DNA of 64,000 nucleotides. It comes from a virus. The stretch lies in IMG/VR virus record IMGVR_UViG_3300007513_001761, positions 1 to 64,000 of that record; one strand, 5' to 3'. The notes below the pieces were generated by a model. The model did not search any database, was not told the DNA's origin, and saw nothing but the letters and a program-made list of their open reading frames with translations. Position 1 is the stretch's first letter, and each line of letters starts with the position of its first letter. Shown here one piece after another: positions 28,487-38,917 of this stretch. The translations under genes were made by a program, and so were the position numbers.

Positions 28487-31400
28487 TCAATCTTGATTTT
28501 CGCACAAAGCGCCTGACGCACTAAACGGATTTGATATCAAACGACGCTTTTGTTTCCATGTTAAGATCCGTTCGCCGCTGGGTAATTTAATCGCTTCGCG
28601 CAAATTCCGAAGATAAACTTGTCCCGGCCCATTGTTCTTACCAGTAATTTCGGCAACATCGAAATCTCTATCATTATAATACGTTTTAAAGAGCCTCTTT
28701 AATCTTGTCTTGGAGCTTCTTAATACGATTTGATCCCATTCGTCCCACTGCATGAAGAAGGGAGACCACACATCTCTATCGGTCGAACTAACCCAGTTCC
28801 CTTCCGAATCCCCAGAAACCTCAATTCCTGTGATTACGCCATCTTCGTCTGACGTTACCTCGGCAGTCATTCCGGGTTTTGTAGTCGGATCAAAGGAGCT
28901 TTTGCCGGCGCGGGCCCAGGATTCATCGTCTGCTACTGTTTTTTCGCCTATGGACATTAAAAACGCTTTATCAACATACATTGCCAACATAGAAGCCATT
29001 TTGCGCACCGGAATAATATATCGAGTCGTAAGCTTAAACTTGTCGTCATTTTTCAAAAGATTGACTAGACATAACAAGCGCTTACTATTTTCATTGATAC
29101 CAACAAAGTCATTGAGCGGGAGATCAAGAGCATCCATCTCTACAGATGTAATTTCATATTTTGTGCCATCCAATATAATAGAGAACCTTAATCCGTAACG
29201 CACCCCCAATTCTCCAGTAATCCCGATAGCTGTTCCATTATCGTCATATACTACTTCCATTGGATTGTCTACACCGGGATATACTTCGGAAAGGAGCGCG
29301 TTTAGATCTGAATTGTCCATAATCTCAGATATAGCGGTGTCATCAGCTAATTTCTCGCCGTTAATACTAATATACTTTTCAATATAAAAGGGTCTGGCGG
29401 GGTCAGCTTCTACTTCACTTTCTCCTAAATCTAGAGTGCTTACGTCTCCAATCTCTACATATATCTTGTCTGTCAGGGGATACAAAGTATCGTGTGCTGT
29501 TGTGTCTGAGTGAGCTTCTCCTACCATATAAACCGGCTCATTATCGTCATTAAGGTGAATGTGATAATATCCAATATATTCTTGTCCCTCGTTTCCATCG
29601 CCGTCGTTATCTTCTCCAATTACAAATTCGCCACCATAGGTATAATATGCCAAATCGCCCACATCATTATAATCGGTAGCAACGGCCGGATCAATAGGCT
29701 CAGTGGGGATATCTATATATGATTCGTTAACGGTACCATCGGGATTCATATTGGCGTTAAGAGTTAAAGAAGAGCCTTGTGTCATGTTGTCTAGCAAATA
29801 ATAATCAAGGTCATAAATATCTGGCGTCCATCCGATGATATCGAGATTTTCAATAATCTTTTCGCTCATAAAGTTTAATTGTTCCATCACCAATTCGGTG
29901 AGTACTATTTTAGCATCTTCTTCAGTTTCTTGAACCGCCTCTAAGTTTTCGTCGGAGCGATAATTTTTAAGGCTTTTGAAAAAAGTAACTTCGTCATCAC
30001 GCTTTGCTTGACGTAAGATATCACGAGTAGGATAAAGATATTCTTCCTGCATATTGTTTAAACGTGTTAAAGCGGCAGTTACATGAAAAGGCGGCTCTAT
30101 CTCTTCTCTTTCAATTCTTTCTCCGTACATCTGTACAGCTTGCTCTAAAAACGCATACCAAAATTCGTTATCTTTAAAGGCTGTGAACAATTCTCTATCA
30201 GCTTCCTGGGGTGCTTTAAAACTACGCTCCATAACTTCAACGATATAAGAGCCATAAATTGCACTAAATACTTCAGGAAAACGCGGCGAAAACTTCGTAA
30301 AAACAGGCATCGCTTTTATAAGCCCCACGCTACAATAAATACGGATAGCTGCTGATATAAGACCTTGCAATAATGCCTTTGAAGAACGATTAAGAATACG
30401 ATCATAAGGCACCTCAAGGACACACTCGGGATCCTGTGACAGCCTAGTGTCTTCTGGCATTGTCGGATAAATTTCATCGATCATTTCTTGTATATCGCCA
30501 AAATCGATTAGGTCTGTATATTTGGGCTTGCAAGGGCTCAGGTCGGGAAATAACACATCCACAAACCCCAGCCAACCTTTATTTTGGAGAGGGGCAACAT
30601 AAACGGCCGGGTTCATATAGTTTCCGCCATAAATTGACGGATCTAGGTAGAATACACGATTTGTGGCACCTTCAATGGTGTAAGTCCCGTCTTCTATTTC
30701 TTGCTGCATTTTGCTGATACCCAATATCATGTCTGAGTTTCTAATATCTCTGGGTTCGAGGTCGTCACCTAATACTTGCGCGTCACCATATAAATCGCCT
30801 CGTTCGGATCCGGCATCCGTATCATCTGCTATCACATATTTTGCATCACTAAAAGACAAGCTATCGAATTGGGCCCCATAATACCACGCGCCCTCGGTGT
30901 TGTCCACATCTGCTATAAGAGTTGCCATGGCAGAAGAAATTTCCCCATATATCTCTTCGCATGCGCTCATAATGGTCGAAGTGTATATCGTTTCGCCATT
31001 ACCCTCTAAAAGCTCTTTCAATAATACATATTGAGGCGCTGTGGCGTTAACGTTGGTTTTATAGTGCCCCTCAAACATAGACATAAAGTCAGCGTACTGT
31101 TCTAAAGTTTCATCACTAATGCCATCAAACGTAGTGTCAATAGCCAAAAATTCATATTCGAGAGCCCTAATGATGCTCTCATCTCCCGGTTCTGCCGTAG
31201 CTAAGGTTCCGTCATCAATATCCTTCTTTCTTTTGGGGTCAAGCATATTGAGAAAACCCGCACCCGGATCAAAGTTCTCATTAGACCTTTCCGAAATCTT
31301 AACTCTAGTGGCGTCTGCGGGACGCGTCGAAACAGTGCCATCCTCATCTTCTACAACGACGCCCACCGACGCATACAATCCGCTACTTTCATCCGGATCA

Positions 31401-34400
31401 TCACCATCCCCTTCTAATTCGTACAAATCCGCAAAAAACACTTCTAAATCAAAACCATACGCATAAGTATCCGAATAATCATCTAGATTGCGAGCATTAT
31501 CATTAAACTCTAAGGTAACGTCGGGTGTCGCTTTGCGCGCCTTGGCCCAGACCTCAAGGGTGTTGTTGTCTTCTCCTTCAAAGTCAGGACGGAACTCAAT
31601 GTTGTAGCCAAATTCTGGCATTTTCAAAAGGTTGATTTTGTTTCGATTAAATGGCCCATATCCGGGCAAATCTTTAAAGTCTTTGGTCACCAGGCGCTCT
31701 TCCGGCTCTATCTCGTTGTTCATATCATAACTAAACGCCAGTAAGCTAAGAGTATCTTGTAAATAGCTTGCAACTTTAAGGGGATATGCGCCTCGTTGCC
31801 GATTGATATCTGGAGGTGACGAAAGAAACGCAGACAAACCTTCAGCGGATTCGAGGGGGGCGGCCTCCAGATCGCTGGCGTCCCAATCACTATAGAAGTC
31901 TACCCTTTTGTTTATATTGCTCGTGGCGCGGTGATGGCGCGTGAGAGGTTGTCCCATTGTATCTGAGAGGATCATGTTCACAAGTCCCCACTTCTTTTTA
32001 GTAGGACCATTGCCAATCATATCTTGAGAGTATGCGATTTTCAAAGTTTCAAGAGAGCCGCCCAGCGTGGCTGACACTGTGTCTGCTACTTCGTCCGGTT
32101 CGTAGGGTAAAATACCGTTGTCACAGCCAGGATCCGAGAGCATCGGTGGAGTATTGTTTTCCAAAAATGGTCCCAACCCTCCCTGAAAAATGTCTCCAAT
32201 GTCTCCTAAATCTTCCAAAGCTTGATCGGTATAGCTTTGACACATCTTTTCGCTCTGTGCTGGTGAAAGCCTTCCTTCTAGAAGTTGCATGCGCATGTTA
32301 CACATTTCTTCCTGTTGTTCCTCGGTTAAACAGAGAGAGGGACTTATTGCCTCTTCGGGAACTTGGTCAAGAGCTTTTTTCATCTCTTCTTTAAAGTCGG
32401 CGGGCATTACATTTCCCATGTTCCTAAAAGTAGCCGCAATCGTGCTAGGACCCTTTAGGCTCGGGCGAAATTGAGGGAACTCGTATTTTACAATATCATC
32501 TACAGCTTTTAAGAACTCTGGTGATGGGTTTCCAAGATAAGCTTCTTGAACTTCTCTAGCTGTCGAATTATTGGAGACCTCTTGTGTAAATCGTTGTACT
32601 TCTTCCGAGTCGGTAAAAGCAGCACCCCCGTTTCCAAAAGATTGAAATAATTCAGTGATTGTAGCATCAAGAGTTTCGTCATCAACATCATCGCCGCAAA
32701 TTGACTCTCTAATTGCATCAGCTACAGTGTTTTGATTGCTAAACGCTGCTGCAGTCATATCACCGACCAATTCTAATGCATTACAAATCGCTTCACTTAA
32801 AATTTCACACAATTTAATCATGAGTAATTCCCAAATTTTAGCGATTAGTTCTGCAATTGCTGCTTTGGCGGCCAACTTTATCCAATACCACAAACTTACA
32901 AACTTATCAAAGGGCGGAATAACAAACTGTGGCCACGCAATTTCATCCATATTCCGACAAATCGGTAAAGACAAACTTTTTATAAAATCAGCAGCGTTGG
33001 GATTAAAAAACGCGGTATTAGGACATGTAAGGGCAGCAAAAATATAACCAATAATTGGGGCGCCCGGAAAGTTGCCTAACATGTCCATTAATGATAATTC
33101 ATCTCCCAAATAAACTTCTAGCAACGCCTGAATATAAGCTTCCATAATGATATCGTTGCTTAGTTGTCCACTAACACTTCCAATGTCCACACTGGGTCCT
33201 AGGGTTCTGCGGTTTTCTTCTACATGAGAAGCCCAACCAGAATACGAAACAGAACCATATGGTCCTTCGGCGCGCGTTGCAAAGTCGCCTTTTTGAACAT
33301 CTGCAGTAGCGGCGGCCCATGGTCCTACTGGCTCTTCATCGCCATAATCGTAGTTTCCTACCACGGCATCGCTAGCCTGCTCGTTTGCTGAAGCAGATGA
33401 GAAAATATCCCCTTCTGAAAGCTTTTCATTCATCTTGTCCGACAACTCTTGTTGTTTATCAGCGGGAAGTCCAACAAACAAATCTCCAAAGTTTTCAATA
33501 GACATTGCTCGCAGTGCGCTTTCAAGCATTTTTCCTAACGCTTGCTCTAAGGTAAGACCTCCAAACAAACATTCGAGCGCTTTAACCATAAGGTCTAAAA
33601 GTCCACACAGTTTTAGGCGATTGAATTTTTCGCGACCACTCTTCCGCTCGTCGCGGTTGCCTTTTCTCTGTTCATTCCAACTTATTGCGGCGTACTTAAC
33701 ACTATTTTCCCCCCCTCTCTCGTAATTGAAAACCCAATTGCAAAAGTCAGCAAACATGTCAGCATCTTGTTGAATCTCTTCTAAGGCTTGTTCTTTGGCC
33801 AAAGTTTTAATTTTAGCTTTGTCTACTTTCCAGATAGATTCACCTGTGGCAACAGTTTTGGGCTCATTCCAGGTTGTAGAATCCTCAGCCGCTGCTGCTA
33901 GAAGCTCGTCAGAAGTCATTTCTCTTTGAACCTGGCTTTCGCTAAGGAGTATTTCCAGTTCTTCTTTTAGTTTTTCCATGTCTTCTGTTGTGTAATTGCA
34001 TGTAAAATCATGGAACATATAAGCTATAGCATCTCCGAGACTAAAAGCTTCATCTAAAATATCCTGACCTAATTCTTTTCCTTCTTCTAAAAGTGCTTCA
34101 GCTATACAACTGCGGCCCGTATGTTCACCCGACGCATCATATTCAGAGTTGGCTGTGTCGTAAATTTCAGGATATGTATATGTTTTAAGAAAATCTAACC
34201 AATCTGTGGGTTCTCGCGCTGTTAATTCCTCTACCATGTCGCGTGCCTGAACAAAATAAGCTACGGCTGTGGAATCAGACCACGCTGAAGTTGATACCAA
34301 TAATTCATCCAGGGCAGTGATTATAATTGGCTCTTCTACACATCCTTCAGCTTCAATTTCAAGTTCTTTTAAAACATACTCGCTAGTAAATGTAAAAGTA

Positions 34401-35239
34401 ATGCTACTAACGGCCCTGTTCCACGTAAAGGTATCAGAAAAAGGGCCCCCGGTGCCCACTATGTTATAGTTGCGCTTGTTAAGAAAAGCATCCAATTCCG
34501 GCAAAAGCTTTCCAACTTCAGAATTTTTACTACTCCAACCATAATCACCATATAAATCTAACGAAAACACAGAGTTATCGCTTAAAAATTTCAAATTACC
34601 TTGCCCTGTGCCACGGTAAACATTTAGATAGCGCGTATAAAGGAAGAGAGATTTGCGCACTTTCATTAACAATTCAAACATCTCTGACGACGCATACCAC
34701 ACTTCTATGTCGCCATCTTCATTTTCGGCGCCTTCTTCTTCAGAATCAGCCGCGTCTATAGCTTCTAAATTTTCATAAGGCACAGAATAAAGTAATTTTA
34801 ATCTGCTCATGGAACGCAATCCGACATAATAGTCAGTATGCTCTACCACTTCTTTCAAAATATCTATAGATGCCTGAGAGGTGTCTTTATTATAAGCCAG
34901 CAATAAGGCGGCAAGAGCGGCTTCCTCATATGTTCTCTGCAAATTTGCTACTTCCAAATCAGCTTGCGTATTTACTTCTTCTTCAGATAAGGACTCTATA
35001 TCTTCCATAAGCCCTAAGACGCTATTTTCCGCTGTTTCATAGGTAATTTGATACATACACCTTCTTTCATTTAAAAAAGGAGTATATTCGTCTAAAGTGC
35101 GCCAATTAGGAAGAATGGCAGCGCTATTGGGAATACACGGCGGGCACTCATCGGGAGCAACGGTTTCTATCGGCTCACAAACATCATTGAGTCCATCGCC
35201 GTTCGCATCTTGAAATGGTAAAAATTTGGATTCAGACAT
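28487..35239 (-). CDS. very large acidic hypothetical protein, probable baseplate/tail component (2250 aa)
   Basis: Between spike-like and gp25 genes; N-terminal DANGDGLNDVC calcium-loop-like motif; helical middle region. Confidence 0.55.
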   Translation of the reverse strand: MSESKFLPFQDANGDGLNDVCEPIETVAPDECPPCIPNSAAILPNWRTLDEYTPFLNERRCMYQITYETAENSVLGLMEDIESLSEEEVNTQADLEVANLQRTYEEAALAALLLAYNKDTSQASIDILKEVVEHTDYYVGLRSMSRLKLLYSVPYENLEAIDAADSEEEGAENEDGDIEVWYASSEMFELLMKVRKSLFLYTRYLNVYRGTGQGNLKFLSDNSVFSLDLYGDYGWSSKNSEVGKLLPELDAFLNKRNYNIVGTGGPFSDTFTWNRAVSSITFTFTSEYVLKELEIEAEGCVEEPIIITALDELLVSTSAWSDSTAVAYFVQARDMVEELTAREPTDWLDFLKTYTYPEIYDTANSEYDASGEHTGRSCIAEALLEEGKELGQDILDEAFSLGDAIAYMFHDFTCNYTTEDMEKLKEELEILLSESQVQREMTSDELLAAAAEDSTTWNEPKTVATGESIWKVDKAKIKTLAKEQALEEIQQDADMFADFCNWVFNYERGGENSVKYAAISWNEQRKGNRDERKSGREKFNRLKLCGLLDLMVKALECLFGGLTLEQALGKMLESALRAMSIENFGDLFVGLPADKQQELSDKMNEKLSEGDIFSSASANEQASDAVVGNYDYGDEEPVGPWAAATADVQKGDFATRAEGPYGSVSYSGWASHVEENRRTLGPSVDIGSVSGQLSNDIIMEAYIQALLEVYLGDELSLMDMLGNFPGAPIIGYIFAALTCPNTAFFNPNAADFIKSLSLPICRNMDEIAWPQFVIPPFDKFVSLWYWIKLAAKAAIAELIAKIWELLMIKLCEILSEAICNALELVGDMTAAAFSNQNTVADAIRESICGDDVDDETLDATITELFQSFGNGGAAFTDSEEVQRFTQEVSNNSTAREVQEAYLGNPSPEFLKAVDDIVKYEFPQFRPSLKGPSTIAATFRNMGNVMPADFKEEMKKALDQVPEEAISPSLCLTEEQQEEMCNMRMQLLEGRLSPAQSEKMCQSYTDQALEDLGDIGDIFQGGLGPFLENNTPPMLSDPGCDNGILPYEPDEVADTVSATLGGSLETLKIAYSQDMIGNGPTKKKWGLVNMILSDTMGQPLTRHHRATSNINKRVDFYSDWDASDLEAAPLESAEGLSAFLSSPPDINRQRGAYPLKVASYLQDTLSLLAFSYDMNNEIEPEERLVTKDFKDLPGYGPFNRNKINLLKMPEFGYNIEFRPDFEGEDNNTLEVWAKARKATPDVTLEFNDNARNLDDYSDTYAYGFDLEVFFADLYELEGDGDDPDESSGLYASVGVVVEDEDGTVSTRPADATRVKISERSNENFDPGAGFLNMLDPKRKKDIDDGTLATAEPGDESIIRALEYEFLAIDTTFDGISDETLEQYADFMSMFEGHYKTNVNATAPQYVLLKELLEGNGETIYTSTIMSACEEIYGEISSAMATLIADVDNTEGAWYYGAQFDSLSFSDAKYVIADDTDAGSERGDLYGDAQVLGDDLEPRDIRNSDMILGISKMQQEIEDGTYTIEGATNRVFYLDPSIYGGNYMNPAVYVAPLQNKGWLGFVDVLFPDLSPCKPKYTDLIDFGDIQEMIDEIYPTMPEDTRLSQDPECVLEVPYDRILNRSSKALLQGLISAAIRIYCSVGLIKAMPVFTKFSPRFPEVFSAIYGSYIVEVMERSFKAPQEADRELFTAFKDNEFWYAFLEQAVQMYGERIEREEIEPPFHVTAALTRLNNMQEEYLYPTRDILRQAKRDDEVTFFKSLKNYRSDENLEAVQETEEDAKIVLTELVMEQLNFMSEKIIENLDIIGWTPDIYDLDYYLLDNMTQGSSLTLNANMNPDGTVNESYIDIPTEPIDPAVATDYNDVGDLAYYTYGGEFVIGEDNDGDGNEGQEYIGYYHIHLNDDNEPVYMVGEAHSDTTAHDTLYPLTDKIYVEIGDVSTLDLGESEVEADPARPFYIEKYISINGEKLADDTAISEIMDNSDLNALLSEVYPGVDNPMEVVYDDNGTAIGITGELGVRYGLRFSIILDGTKYEITSVEMDALDLPLNDFVGINENSKRLLCLVNLLKNDDKFKLTTRYIIPVRKMASMLAMYVDKAFLMSIGEKTVADDESWARAGKSSFDPTTKPGMTAEVTSDEDGVITGIEVSGDSEGNWVSSTDRDVWSPFFMQWDEWDQIVLRSSKTRLKRLFKTYYNDRDFDVAEITGKNNGPGQVYLRNLREAIKLPSGERILTWKQKRRLISNPFSASGALCENQD

Positions 35240-35270
35240 CTTTTTTCCTTTTTGCGCTCTACTTGGGTGT

Positions 35271-36311
35271 TTATGTTATGTTAACATTTCGACTGCATAT
35301 ATAGCGACTCGCGTTAGGATCAGTGTAATGTTGTCGCCAAGCCAATATCTGCCCTTGTTGAGACCATGCTGGGCCCGAGCCCTGGATGTTACATGCTGCG
35401 AGCGCGCTGGCTAAAGCGGCGGTTTGTCCGCCGGCGACCATGACCGGGTTTGTTCCCACAACCCCAATTATTGCCTGTTGAACAAGATTCATTGTAAGAG
35501 CCACTCCAGCTATAGAATCGACAATCGCTGCCAACTCTTTCAACGCCTGAAGAAGGTTTTCTCCCATAACTGCTGGCTGTAAGTAATTTAAGTGAGGATC
35601 ATGATCTGGAAAGAAAATCTTTCCAATCTCCAATATGGCTTTTGGAATTAAAAGTTCGCGACCAGCGGCATTGTTGCCGGCGATCAAATCAATAGTGGCT
35701 GCCTGTTCTATGCTGCCTCCTTTAGAGTTTGTTTCGCCCAAAAGACCCAGACCTTTGGCACCTTGTGTGCGTCCAGTTACAATTTTTACGCCTTCGTTTC
35801 CGAAGATGCGCACCTTATCAGCTTTCATGCCCACGGCCGATGAGGGTTCTTCCGGATCTCCCGTTTTACGTGCAATTCCAAAATTCGTGTCTATTGTGGT
35901 AAGAGTACTAATATAAATGCGAGCCGCGTCGGCTACAAAATTACGATTAACAATCATTCCATCACAGGGTCCCTTAGAACCACGAGATTTGGCCGCCAGA
36001 CCGACGACTAAATCGATAGTATCGCCAACGCCAAGGGCGCCGAGTCCCGAAGCTTCGGTAGAAGGGCGATCTAATCCGAAGATTAAATGCGCATTATTAT
36101 GAGACATCACCTTTTCGCCCTGGGCCGCATTGAATGTGATGAAGGGTTGAATAGGTGGGGTATTCATCAACCCACCTGTTGCTGTGTTAACAGGTGTACC
36201 TTGATCCATCAAGTCTTGAGGTGTTGCTGGTACCTCAGACTCCCCAGTCCCTTCCGGACATCTCTCAAATGTGTCTTTGTTGAAAAGTTTTCGCTTGCCT
36301 TTTGATGCCAT
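35271..36311 (-). CDS. baseplate central spike-like protein (gp5 C-terminal type, no OB domain)
   Basis: Short beta-strand runs (IDLVVG, AARIYIS, AVGMKADKVRIFGNEGVKIVTG, IDLIAG), QPAVMGENL and SRNVNIT ending; position before gp25. Confidence 0.55.
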   Translation of the reverse strand: MASKGKRKLFNKDTFERCPEGTGESEVPATPQDLMDQGTPVNTATGGLMNTPPIQPFITFNAAQGEKVMSHNNAHLIFGLDRPSTEASGLGALGVGDTIDLVVGLAAKSRGSKGPCDGMIVNRNFVADAARIYISTLTTIDTNFGIARKTGDPEEPSSAVGMKADKVRIFGNEGVKIVTGRTQGAKGLGLLGETNSKGGSIEQAATIDLIAGNNAAGRELLIPKAILEIGKIFFPDHDPHLNYLQPAVMGENLLQALKELAAIVDSIAGVALTMNLVQQAIIGVVGTNPVMVAGGQTAALASALAACNIQGSGPAWSQQGQILAWRQHYTDPNASRYICSRNVNIT

Positions 36312-36327
36312 TTTTTTACTCTCTCCC

Positions 36328-36335
36328 TATAAATA
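36328..36335 (-). promoter_or_regulatory. candidate late promoter motif TATTTATA
   Basis: TANTTA core 19 nt before ATG at 36311, followed by GGGAG RBS. Confidence 0.55.
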
Positions 36336-36362
36336 CTCTCTTATTGTAAATCTGTGTATCTA

Positions 36363-37682
36363 TTATTCATAGTTTTTACACACATTAGTGGACGGATCTG
36401 ACCATTTTTTACACACAGCGCATGCAGCGTGAGATTTACAAAAATCCTCAACTGACCAAAATGAATCTAAATACCTTCCAAAGCTTATTTGCCCTTGAGA
36501 ACACAAATAGCCGGGGCCTTTTACCCATGAATTAAGGGCAGTCGTATAGTTCCAAACGTCTTCTTTAGAAGTACTAGATAGCCCTTCTATTTCGCTAGAA
36601 TAAGTTCCGCCTTTTCCATGAAGTATCCAGCCCGCTACCGCTAATCCTGTTCTGTCGGCGCCGTGTTTACAGTGTACTAAAACGTTCCCTTTTGCAAATT
36701 CTTTATTAAACGCACTAACCGACTCCTGGAAGCCTTGCCCCTTGATACATCCTTGATGGGCTGACATTTTCTTATATTCAATTTTTTTGCCGGCTGTTTT
36801 TTTATCTAAATATTCGATGTAAGCCTCTTCTATTTCCATCGTGATGCAGGTTGCCATCTGCGGATCCCATCCATATTCGCTATCCAAATCGTCGCGATTA
36901 AGACGAATAAATGTTGTAATATTATCTGTTTCAACCATGTATTTTATTTCACCCAATGTGGGCTGCTTATATCTATAGTTGTTGTTTCCTATCGCTAGAT
37001 AATTACCACTTGGTTTTTTTGCAGTGACAGAATCAAAATTCAAAACACCAGGCGGCACTGTAGCTGGACATTTGCCACCATCGGGGCGCTGTCCTGGGGC
37101 GGCCGTGTCTTGTACGGGATCATAACTCTTCAAGCGGGCAATCGTATTGATCAAGAATTTACCGCTCAGCGGCTCACACTGGGGCTCTTTTGGATCTCTT
37201 AAGTTGGCGCGCTCAATGAGCCGAGTTACAATGCCATGTTGAGAGTTTACTGTGTTTGTTTCTCCGTTCATATTTAAGGTTATTTCTACTATGTCGTTTT
37301 GTCGTATAGGAGAATCAGTAGAGGTTTGGTAGTCGGCAGACGTTACACACAAAGTATGCAATTTAATCAATTTAACGGCTTCCGCAATATTGCTAGTGGA
37401 ATCAAGATTACAGGGGTTTGGCAAATAATGATGCGGGCTTTTCTCGTAAAGATCATCCTTTATTCTCACTCTTATAACATAGCGTCCTATTTGAGCATCT
37501 CCAGTATTTCGGCCAGTTCCTGTATATCTATCTAAGTCGCGTTGAGAGAGAGGGAGGGCATCCGTAAGCGCTACACCTTTGAACACCTTAATTTCTCCTC
37601 GTTTTGCATTAAGCTGATTTTGAGATGCCCACATCAACAATTCTAAACGCATACGAGGCGTTGTAAATGTAGTTTTATCCAT
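36363..37682 (-). CDS. shared gp5-OB-like N-domain fused to dual-specificity/tyrosine phosphatase
   Basis: VLVHCKHGADRTG CX5R P-loop (~36645-36674), NYRYKQP and ITTFIRL motifs; N-terminus paralogous to next two genes; start likely at TAATG overlap 37682 (track gives 37688). Confidence 0.8.
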   Translation of the reverse strand: MDKTTFTTPRMRLELLMWASQNQLNAKRGEIKVFKGVALTDALPLSQRDLDRYTGTGRNTGDAQIGRYVIRVRIKDDLYEKSPHHYLPNPCNLDSTSNIAEAVKLIKLHTLCVTSADYQTSTDSPIRQNDIVEITLNMNGETNTVNSQHGIVTRLIERANLRDPKEPQCEPLSGKFLINTIARLKSYDPVQDTAAPGQRPDGGKCPATVPPGVLNFDSVTAKKPSGNYLAIGNNNYRYKQPTLGEIKYMVETDNITTFIRLNRDDLDSEYGWDPQMATCITMEIEEAYIEYLDKKTAGKKIEYKKMSAHQGCIKGQGFQESVSAFNKEFAKGNVLVHCKHGADRTGLAVAGWILHGKGGTYSSEIEGLSSTSKEDVWNYTTALNSWVKGPGYLCSQGQISFGRYLDSFWSVEDFCKSHAACAVCKKWSDPSTNVCKNYE

Positions 37683-38917
37683 TAACATGGCGGATCCAAT
37701 TTGCTATGTCCAAGCGACATGCTTATATAATCAGCGCGGGTGTCAATCGAGAAATCACCACCTGAGTTTTGATCGATGAATGTTTGTCTATCGCGCCCGG
37801 ACTTGAGCGATGCCCAATCATCAGCCAAAGAAAAACTGTCTGGCTTACCAATTGCCCGTGGCCAAAATACATACATATATGCATCCCCTTGATTGGCAAT
37901 GGCGCGGCCTTTCGGTTTATCAAAGTATTGCTCTACAAGCTCTAGTTGTTGATCCCAATTCATCGCATATACCTTAGTCTGTGCAGCTAATCTGTCAGCA
38001 TCCGAAAAGGGTCGAGAATATCCTTGCAGTCCTGCTGATGTGTCTGGCATAAACTGTATTAAACCAACAGCACATTTAGTCAAACGTGTAGAATGATCAG
38101 AATAGCGGCCTTCACAGCCGATATTTATCTCTTGAGGATCAAAGCCACTCTCGCCATTGATAATGTTAGCCAGCCAACCTGGATCAAAGTTAGCACTAAT
38201 ATTATTGGCAACTTTTACAATTCCGTCTGCCTGGTGTTGGCTCAGCCCATATGCTTTCATCAAATCTGCGGCTGTACGGTGGGAGGCTTTTCCGGAAAGA
38301 GAGCATTTAGTAGTTACAGGTCCGGACGAGTGATCGGCTAGCAACGTTAGTTCTGAAGTGTCGAACTTGCCTTGCAAGCTCTCACAGAGGTTTTGTAAAA
38401 AAGGATCGTACTTTGCTTTGGAAACAATTTGAATTATTTCTCCATGATCTGTATGAATATTACCTCGTGAATCGACGGTCATAGTGACTCTTACTTTGTC
38501 ACCTCTGCGCACTATAGAATCACTACTTATGCTAAAGTCTTCAGACGTTACATATGTTGTAAACATTTTTATCATCTTAATAGTCGCGACTAGATCTGGA
38601 GTTTCTCCAATCCCACAAGGATCTATTAAAAAGCGATGAGGGTTTTCTATAGGCTTCAACATATCTCCATTAGCGTTCCCAACGATCATGGCTTTAATGA
38701 TATAACGTCCAATGGTAGCTGCGTCTATTGCGCCTATTGGTCCATTTTTGGTATAATTGCGCTGCTGCTCTCGGCTTAATGGAACAGCGTCTGTTAGTGC
38801 TATAGCAGTAAATTCACGAATTTCGCCACGTCCACGTCGATTAAATCGTATTTCAAATTTATCCGCAATCGATAGGCGCAGTGCTTCTTCGGGAGTGGTG
38901 GGGTAGTCAACAGACAT
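37682..38917 (-). CDS. shared gp5-OB-like N-domain fused to lytic transglycosylase/lysozyme-like domain
   Basis: IINGESGFDP (catalytic Glu-Ser), AVGLIQFMP, QQLELVEQYF, YMYVFWP motifs. Confidence 0.85.
   Translation of the reverse strand: MSVDYPTTPEEALRLSIADKFEIRFNRRGRGEIREFTAIALTDAVPLSREQQRNYTKNGPIGAIDAATIGRYIIKAMIVGNANGDMLKPIENPHRFLIDPCGIGETPDLVATIKMIKMFTTYVTSEDFSISSDSIVRRGDKVRVTMTVDSRGNIHTDHGEIIQIVSKAKYDPFLQNLCESLQGKFDTSELTLLADHSSGPVTTKCSLSGKASHRTAADLMKAYGLSQHQADGIVKVANNISANFDPGWLANIINGESGFDPQEINIGCEGRYSDHSTRLTKCAVGLIQFMPDTSAGLQGYSRPFSDADRLAAQTKVYAMNWDQQLELVEQYFDKPKGRAIANQGDAYMYVFWPRAIGKPDSFSLADDWASLKSGRDRQTFIDQNSGGDFSIDTRADYISMSLGHSKLDPPC

Noticed and set aside
2114-36335. T4-type TATAAATA late promoters firing on the + strand
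   Set aside because: No credible + strand genes downstream; spacing to minus-strand starts is what is conserved.
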